Origin: Pseudomonadota bacterium
Lineage (GTDB): Bacteria > Myxococcota > JACRCW01 > JAFGSX01
Direction: 5' to 3'
Length of the DNA: 64,000 nt
NCBI GenBank assembly: GCA_043821645.1
Contig: JBDRCO010000068.1
Span: 160,001-224,000, forward strand
The translations under genes were made by a program, and so were the position numbers. Below the pieces are notes generated by a model. The model was given only the letters and a program-made list of their open reading frames with translations, was not told the origin of the DNA and ran no database searches. Numbering within the stretch: the first letter of the stretch is position 1; each line of letters opens with the position of its first letter. Below, piece by piece: positions 58,332 through 64,000 of the stretch.

Positions 58332-59738
58332 ATGGACATCACCCTTCGTTTCCTGGGCGCCGCACGCAATGTCACGGGCTCCAAGATCCTGGTTGAGGCT
58401 GGCGACCGCCGCATCCTCATCGACTACGGCATGATCCAGGAGTGGAAGCTCAAGGAGCGCAACTGGAACCCGCTTCCGGTGCCGCCATCCTCGGTCGACG
58501 CAGTGCTGCTCACCCATGCACACCTCGACCACTGTGGCCTGCTACCCAAGCTAGTGACCGACGGCTTTGGTGGGGTCATCCATTGCACCGGGGCCACGGC
58601 GGCCCTGGCGCGGGTGGTTCTGCTCGACTCGGCCAGGCTGCAGGAAGAAGACGTCGAGTTCAAGAAGAGGCGGCACACGAAGGAGGGGCGCAAGAGCAAG
58701 AATCCGGTAGCTCCGCTGTACACGGAAAAAGACGTCAAGAACGCCCTGCCGTTGTTTCGTAGCCACCGCTACGACGACGTGGTCGAGGTGGCCGAGGGCA
58801 TCCAGGCGGTGTTCCACGACGCCGGGCACATCCTGGGGAGCTCGATGATCGAGCTGCGAATCAAGCACAACGGTACGCAGCGCACCCTGCTGTTCTCGGG
58901 CGATCTGGGCCGCGCCAACAAGCCCATCTTGCAGGATCCCGAGGCGGCACCGCAGGCGGATGTGGTCGTGATCGAGAGCACCTACGGCAATCGCCTGCAC
59001 ACCGACACTGGAGACGTGCAGCAGTTGCTGGCCGACGTCGTCAACGACACGCGGAAGCGCGGCGGCAACGTCATCATCCCCTCCTTCGCCATCGGCCGCT
59101 CCCAGGAGATGCTGTACCACCTCGCCGAGCTGATGCGCGAGGACAAGATCCCGCACCTGCCGGTGTTCGTCGACAGCCCCATGGCCATCTCGGTCACCGA
59201 CATCTTCGAACAATTTCCCGAGCTGTTCGACGACGAGATGCGCGAGTTGCTGCGCACGCACGAATCGCCCTTCGAGTTCGACACGCTGCAGATGTCGCGC
59301 ACCGCGAGCCAGAGCAAGGCCATCAACCACATTCGCGGCACGGCCATCATCATCGCGGGCTCGGGCATGTGCACCGGAGGCCGCGTCAAGCACCACCTGG
59401 TGCAGAACATCGCGCGCCCCGAGAGCACCATCCTGTTCGTGGGCTATCAGGCCGAGGGCACCCTGGGTGGTGAGATCTCCCGGGGCGGGACCGCGGTGCG
59501 CATCCTCGGCCAGGAGTACCGCGTGCGTGCCCGCGTCGAGCAGATCCACGGCTTCAGCGCCCACGCCGACCAGAAGGAGCTGCAGGACTGGCTCACCGCC
59601 CTGCCCCGGCCACCACGGCGGGTGCTGGTCAACCACGGCGACACCGAGGCCGCTCTCGAACTGACCAAGCTCATCGACGACAGGCCCGGCTGGCAGGCCA
59701 CCGCGCCGGAGCTCGGCGACCGCATCGTCCTGTCCTGA
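58332..59738 (+). CDS. MBL-fold/beta-CASP ribonuclease
   Basis: LTHAHLDHCG, AGHILGS, FSGDLG, ESTYG, SGMCTGGR, FSAHAD, NHG. Confidence 0.93.
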   Translation: MDITLRFLGAARNVTGSKILVEAGDRRILIDYGMIQEWKLKERNWNPLPVPPSSVDAVLLTHAHLDHCGLLPKLVTDGFGGVIHCTGATAALARVVLLDSARLQEEDVEFKKRRHTKEGRKSKNPVAPLYTEKDVKNALPLFRSHRYDDVVEVAEGIQAVFHDAGHILGSSMIELRIKHNGTQRTLLFSGDLGRANKPILQDPEAAPQADVVVIESTYGNRLHTDTGDVQQLLADVVNDTRKRGGNVIIPSFAIGRSQEMLYHLAELMREDKIPHLPVFVDSPMAISVTDIFEQFPELFDDEMRELLRTHESPFEFDTLQMSRTASQSKAINHIRGTAIIIAGSGMCTGGRVKHHLVQNIARPESTILFVGYQAEGTLGGEISRGGTAVRILGQEYRVRARVEQIHGFSAHADQKELQDWLTALPRPPRRVLVNHGDTEAALELTKLIDDRPGWQATAPELGDRIVLS

Positions 59739-59805
59739 GATCTCGTCGTCGCGGCGGCGGGCACCTCCCAGGTCACAGCCAGGACTCGCCCCGGGACTCT
59801 CGTCG

Positions 59806-60655
59806 TCAGAGCGCCGTGCCCAGCCTGGCATCGATGGCCTGCAAGGCTGCCACCGCTCCCAGGGCCAGGCTCAGGGTACCCTCCGGGCCACCGGGTTCGC
59901 GCGGATTGATCCGGATCAGGGTGCCGCCGTGCCGCGCTGCCTCGCTCTCGCAGTGCCAGCGGACGGTGGGGATGGCCATGCCCGCTCCGCACTCCACGAC
60001 GACCAACTTGTGGCCTCGCACGGCCCTCAACCACTCTGCGAAGCGAAGATCCTGCTCGGCCGTGCGATGTTCCAGCCAGGCTCCGTCGCCGAACATCAGG
60101 ATGTTGGGTCGCGCCAGACCCTGGCAGCGCGGGCAGCGTGGGAGTGGTGGCTGCGCGCGCAGAGCGCGGGTGTCGACCGCGACCTGCACGCCGTCGGCTG
60201 GCCAGATGGCCTCGCAGCAGGGAGACGCGCACTGCAGGTGATGGATGGAACCGTGGCAAGCCTCGACCTGGTCAGGGGCAAACCCTGCGCGTTCAAACTG
60301 GCCGTCGACATTGCTGGTAAACACGAAGGCGCCCAGCGGCATGCGCCGGCTTATGCGGTGCAAGATCCCGAAACCCGCGTGCGGGGTGGTGGCGCGGTAC
60401 AGGTTGAGGCGATGGCCATAGAAGCCCCAGGCCAGCTCAGGGTCGCGCGCGAACCAGCGAGGATTGGCGAGGTCTGCGAAGCTCAAGCCGAGGCGTTCGG
60501 CGGCGGGATAGGCTTTCCAGAAACCCTGATCACCGCGGAAATCAGGGGAGACCCGAGTCCACTCCCATGCCCGCTCCGGCGCCGATGAGAAGGGCCTCGG
60601 CCCCGGCCACTGCCGCTGCAGCGGCGTCGAAGATGTGATCGGGAATCTCGGTCAT
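59806..60655 (-). pseudogene. Sir2-family NAD-dependent deacylase interrupted by a +1 frameshift (pseudogene, sequencing error or programmed frameshift)
   Basis: Frame from ATG 60655 reads ..GAGAGMGVDSGLP-stop; the +1 frame continues DFRGDQGFW..TSNVDGQF..CHGS..RPNILMFGD. Confidence 0.8.
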
Positions 60656-60768
60656 GTCGAGGGTCTCACCGCCATGGGACTCCCCCGAGTGTAGCGCGAT
60701 AGCCTCCGGTTCTGCATGCCCTGCGTCCCGTGTTACATGCGGGGTGCGTTGACTCGCGGAGGTGACTC

Positions 60769-61359
60769 ATGGCACGCACGCCCTCGACCATGCTCGCGCT
60801 TGGAACCCCGGCTCCCGACTTCTCTCTGCTTGCACCTGCCACGGGCAGGGATGTGTCCCTGGCGGAGTTCAAGGACGCTCCAGCCCTGCTGGTGATGTTC
60901 ATCTGCAATCACTGTCCCTACGTGAAGCACATCGCCGATGGGCTGGCCGAGTTCTGCTCTCGCAACATGGAGCGCGGCGTGGCCGTGGTCGGCATCAACT
61001 CCAATGACGTCAGTCGCCACCCCGACGACGCACCGGACAACATGGTGCTCGAGGCCCAGGCACGGGGCTACCGCTTCCCCTACCTGTATGACGGGACCCA
61101 GCAGGTGGCCCGGGCCTACCGTGCGGCCTGCACGCCGGACTTCTTCCTCTTCGACCACAGGCAACAGCTCGTATACCGAGGCCAGTTTGACAGTTCACGC
61201 CCGGGCAATGACGTTCCCATCGACGGCCAGGATCTGCAGCGTGCCATCGACGATCTCCTCGCTGGCCGCGACCTCACCGGGGACCAGCGCCCGAGCCTGG
61301 GCTGCAACATCAAGTGGAAACCGGGAAACGAACCCGACTACTTCGCCCGTCCTGCCTGA
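60769..61359 (+). CDS. AhpC/TSA thioredoxin-family protein
   Basis: FICNHCPYV, INSND, AACTPDFF, YRGQFD, SLGCNIKW. Confidence 0.93.
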   Translation: MARTPSTMLALGTPAPDFSLLAPATGRDVSLAEFKDAPALLVMFICNHCPYVKHIADGLAEFCSRNMERGVAVVGINSNDVSRHPDDAPDNMVLEAQARGYRFPYLYDGTQQVARAYRAACTPDFFLFDHRQQLVYRGQFDSSRPGNDVPIDGQDLQRAIDDLLAGRDLTGDQRPSLGCNIKWKPGNEPDYFARPA

Positions 61360-61391
61360 GCCTGGAGGACCTGCACGCGACCTCCGCCAGC

Positions 61392-61607
61392 TTACTGGTT
61401 GCCGTAGCTGTTGCTCTCCCCGCAGTCCGGGCAGGTCCAGGTGATGCCGTTGCAGCTCAGACCCCAGGCGTTCTCGTCCATGCAGGTCTGGCACATGAAG
61501 AACCCGCAGCGGCATCGCCACAGCATGGGCGCCGGCTCGCGGCACAGCGGGCAGTGCGGCTCCGCATCCCTGGTGCGTCGTGAACGCAGTCCGAGTCTGG
61601 ATCCCAT
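61392..61607 (-). CDS. Small Cys-rich zinc-finger protein
   Basis: CPLC..CRC..CQTC..C..CPDC. Confidence 0.6.
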   Translation of the reverse strand: MGSRLGLRSRRTRDAEPHCPLCREPAPMLWRCRCGFFMCQTCMDENAWGLSCNGITWTCPDCGESNSYGNQ

Positions 61608-61707
61608 GGCGTCTGTGTAGCGCACTGCGCAGCTCACGCCCAGCCCGAGCTGAAGCGATCCGCGCCGCGCTTGCTGTCGACGAGGCTGTACCGCTAGCAT
61701 CCCGCCC

Positions 61708-62358
61708 ATGACGGACAAGCCTGATCCCGTGTGCGGTGATTGCATCGGTTTCCTGCCTGCCACCCGCGGCGTCGGGGGTGAGGTGCGCGGGCGCTGCGGG
61801 GTGCGGCCGGAGCTGGGGGAGATCCCCGAGACGCTTCGCTACTGCGCCTCGTTTCGCGTGCGCTCCGAGCGCGCCGGCGCTGTGCGCATGCCCACGAACC
61901 GTACCGTGGGTGGCCCCCGCACCCCACGAACCCGGGCTCCCGGCACCGTGAGTCGCCGTCGCCCGACGCTCGACAACCCGACCACCGGCGACACCGGGGG
62001 AGAGATCACCATGGACCGCGATGGACTCAAGCAGGTGTTGCGCGAACTTCTCGAGGAGGAAACCCTGTATGGCTACCCCGAGCTGGGCGCGCGGTGGCAG
62101 GACGGGACCCTGGTGCTCAAGCCCGCGTCGTCCGAGAACCAGCCCAAGGAGATCCCCCTCGAGGGCTTCTTTCACAAGATCGTGATGCTGCGCGACCGGC
62201 TGCGCGTGCTCGAGGCCAAGCTCAACGGCCACGACAAGCTCAGCGACGCCGACAAGGTCGAGCTGCAAACCTACATCTCGCGCTGCTACGGCACCCTGAC
62301 CACCTTCAACGTCCTGTTTGCGGACAAGGAAGATCAGTTCAGCAGCAAGGGCGAGTGA
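61708..62358 (+). CDS. Hypothetical protein, N-terminal Cys cluster plus helical C-terminal domain
   Basis: CGDC..C..C; FFHKIVMLRDRLRVLE..YISRCYGTLTTFNVLF. Confidence 0.75.
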   Translation: MTDKPDPVCGDCIGFLPATRGVGGEVRGRCGVRPELGEIPETLRYCASFRVRSERAGAVRMPTNRTVGGPRTPRTRAPGTVSRRRPTLDNPTTGDTGGEITMDRDGLKQVLRELLEEETLYGYPELGARWQDGTLVLKPASSENQPKEIPLEGFFHKIVMLRDRLRVLEAKLNGHDKLSDADKVELQTYISRCYGTLTTFNVLFADKEDQFSSKGE

Positions 62359-62395
62359 GCTCGCAGCACCCCTCGATCACGACGCACGCCAGGGC

Positions 62396-64000
62396 TCAGC
62401 GCACTCGCAGGACCCGGGGCACCGCGAGTTCGTTGCCGACCACGATCACCAGGGCGCCGCCGCCGCCCTCGACGGCCGTGCTGTCAAGGATGCGGGTCGT
62501 GGTGCTAGGCGAGCCAAACCCGTTGCCTCCCATACCCTGGCAGCTGTCCGGGTGGAGGTGCGCGCCACAGCCGTCCAGGCCCTCGAAGTGGTGACGCTCG
62601 ACGGGTAGAGCCTGGGTGGCGCGGAACAGCACGATGCCATCCACCGGGTTGTCCAGTCCGACGAAGAGCACACCGTCAACGGCCGCCACCAGGCTGATGC
62701 GATCCGATCGCGGGTTGTCGAACTGGCTCAGCTCGACGTCGCCGACGCTGTTGGCAGCGATCAGTCGCCAGTCTCCGGGCTCGCAGTCGAGCGGAGCGCC
62801 GCCGAGGGACGGATCGCAGAACCAGAGCTGTGGGCCCTCGCTCGTGTTGCGCCCCAGGTACAGGCGACCATCGAGGATGGCGGGTCCGACCCAGGCACGG
62901 TCCCGGGGCAAGAGCTCGCTCACCTTGGAGGTCGCGAAGGAGGTCTTGTCTGTGTACGCGCTCGCGCTTGGCGTGCAGCTCGGCCAGCTCGCACTGCAGT
63001 TGCCACTGCACACTTCGGGAGTCGACGTGGCGGTGAAGCGGCAGCCCCCGTTGTTGGCCAGGTACAGCTTGCCGTGCAGGTCCCAGATCTGATCGAGGTT
63101 CTGCTCTCCACCCACCTCGGGGAGGCTGGTTCCCCCGAGGTTGACCACGTCGACATCCGCCACCGCCTCGAGTCCGTCCCTGTCCGGCACCGCGCGCAGC
63201 TCGAGGAGGTAGGGCTGGTTGCCACCGGTATCCGGAAAGCCCAGATACACCCGATCGTTGAACACGTGCATGGCGGACAGGCCCTTGGTGTTGCCGCCGA
63301 GCGGCGCCGCACTCAGGTCCACATGTCTGAAGGTCGGCGTCACCGACCGGTCTGGAGTCATGTAGACATAGTCGAGATTGCTGGCCTTGCCGCCGGTGAC
63401 CAGCAGCCAGTGCGCGGCCTTGACATAGCCACCGGCAAACAGCGCCCGGGAGTTCTCGTTGTCCGGTCCGCAGGCGACAGTGCTGCTCTGGCAACCGAGG
63501 AAGCCGATCGAGGGGTAGTAGGGTTGACACTCCGGAAGGCTGCTGCAGGTGTTGGAGGAGTGGCGCGTGCCGGTCACGTCCCGGGTGAAGGCGAACTGCA
63601 TGGCTTGCACGTCGCTGCCGTCCGGCTGCATGCGAATGGCACCCGAGCCGTCGGCGCGCGGACCCAGGATCAGTACAGCCCGGTCCTGCTCGTCGACAAA
63701 GGAAAACACGAAGCTGAAGGTCGTGGTCTGGCCGAGGGTGGTGCCCAGGTCCACGGGCACGCCGGTCACCGACGGCAGACCCGCATCGTGGGCGGTTGCA
63801 TCGGCTCCTCCGGCCTCGAAGCCCTGGGAATCCCCCATCGCTGCGTCCTCGGACGCGCCATCGGACCGGCCCTGATCCTGGCCACCAGCGTCGTCCGGAC
63901 GCCCTTGATCCAGGTTGGACGCATCCACCCGGATGTCCGGAACCGATCCATCCCGTGGCGCCGTCGTATCCTGCCGCGCCTGGTCCGGAGCCGTTCCATC
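62396..64000 (-). CDS. Exported Cys-rich beta-propeller-like protein with Asp-periodic linker (5' end outside the window)
   Basis: Frame is open to the window edge; repeated F/L-N/D-G-R-L-Y-L-G blades. Confidence 0.7.
   Translation of the reverse strand, partial: DGTAPDQARQDTTAPRDGSVPDIRVDASNLDQGRPDDAGGQDQGRSDGASEDAAMGDSQGFEAGGADATAHDAGLPSVTGVPVDLGTTLGQTTTFSFVFSFVDEQDRAVLILGPRADGSGAIRMQPDGSDVQAMQFAFTRDVTGTRHSSNTCSSLPECQPYYPSIGFLGCQSSTVACGPDNENSRALFAGGYVKAAHWLLVTGGKASNLDYVYMTPDRSVTPTFRHVDLSAAPLGGNTKGLSAMHVFNDRVYLGFPDTGGNQPYLLELRAVPDRDGLEAVADVDVVNLGGTSLPEVGGEQNLDQIWDLHGKLYLANNGGCRFTATSTPEVCSGNCSASWPSCTPSASAYTDKTSFATSKVSELLPRDRAWVGPAILDGRLYLGRNTSEGPQLWFCDPSLGGAPLDCEPGDWRLIAANSVGDVELSQFDNPRSDRISLVAAVDGVLFVGLDNPVDGIVLFRATQALPVERHHFEGLDGCGAHLHPDSCQGMGGNGFGSPSTTTRILDSTAVEGGGGALVIVVGNELAVPRVLRVR

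Noticed and set aside
60530-60547. Selenocysteine or readthrough at the Sir2 TGA
   Set aside because: Frame 0 stops again three codons later (TTT CCG CGG TGA); the conserved motif continues only in the +1 frame.

Overview
GC-rich bacterial chromosomal segment with Myxococcota/deltaproteobacterial hallmarks: MYXO-CTERM-like tails, Cys/Asp-rich lipoproteins and a LysM(TsaP-like)-dprA pair. It carries about 57 CDS, mostly housekeeping or envelope genes (mnmA, cca, bamB, dprA, surE, mutS, recG, greA, pdxJ, meaB, tcdA, rbr), plus one tRNA-Pro(GGG). No CRISPR array, integrase or transposase was seen. The main unexplained structure lies in the first 4.3 kb. A canonical-looking 28-bp dif site (3218-3245) is flanked by symmetric sites with two XerD-like arms (1089-1116, 4239-4266) and further half-sites. 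KOPS-like octamers and core genes converge on it, and DnaA-box-like pairs and a 9-bp AT-rich tandem array lie nearby. This suggests a replication terminus with an extended XerD-binding array. Other notable items are a Sir2 gene split at a shift-prone CCC-TGA inside its conserved motif, a double-rubredoxin/NADH oxidoreductase fusion beside rubrerythrin, a catalytic-domain-less 5'-nucleotidase lipoprotein and an orphan NapB-like diheme cytochrome abutting dif. All calls come from motif recognition by eye; no searches were run.
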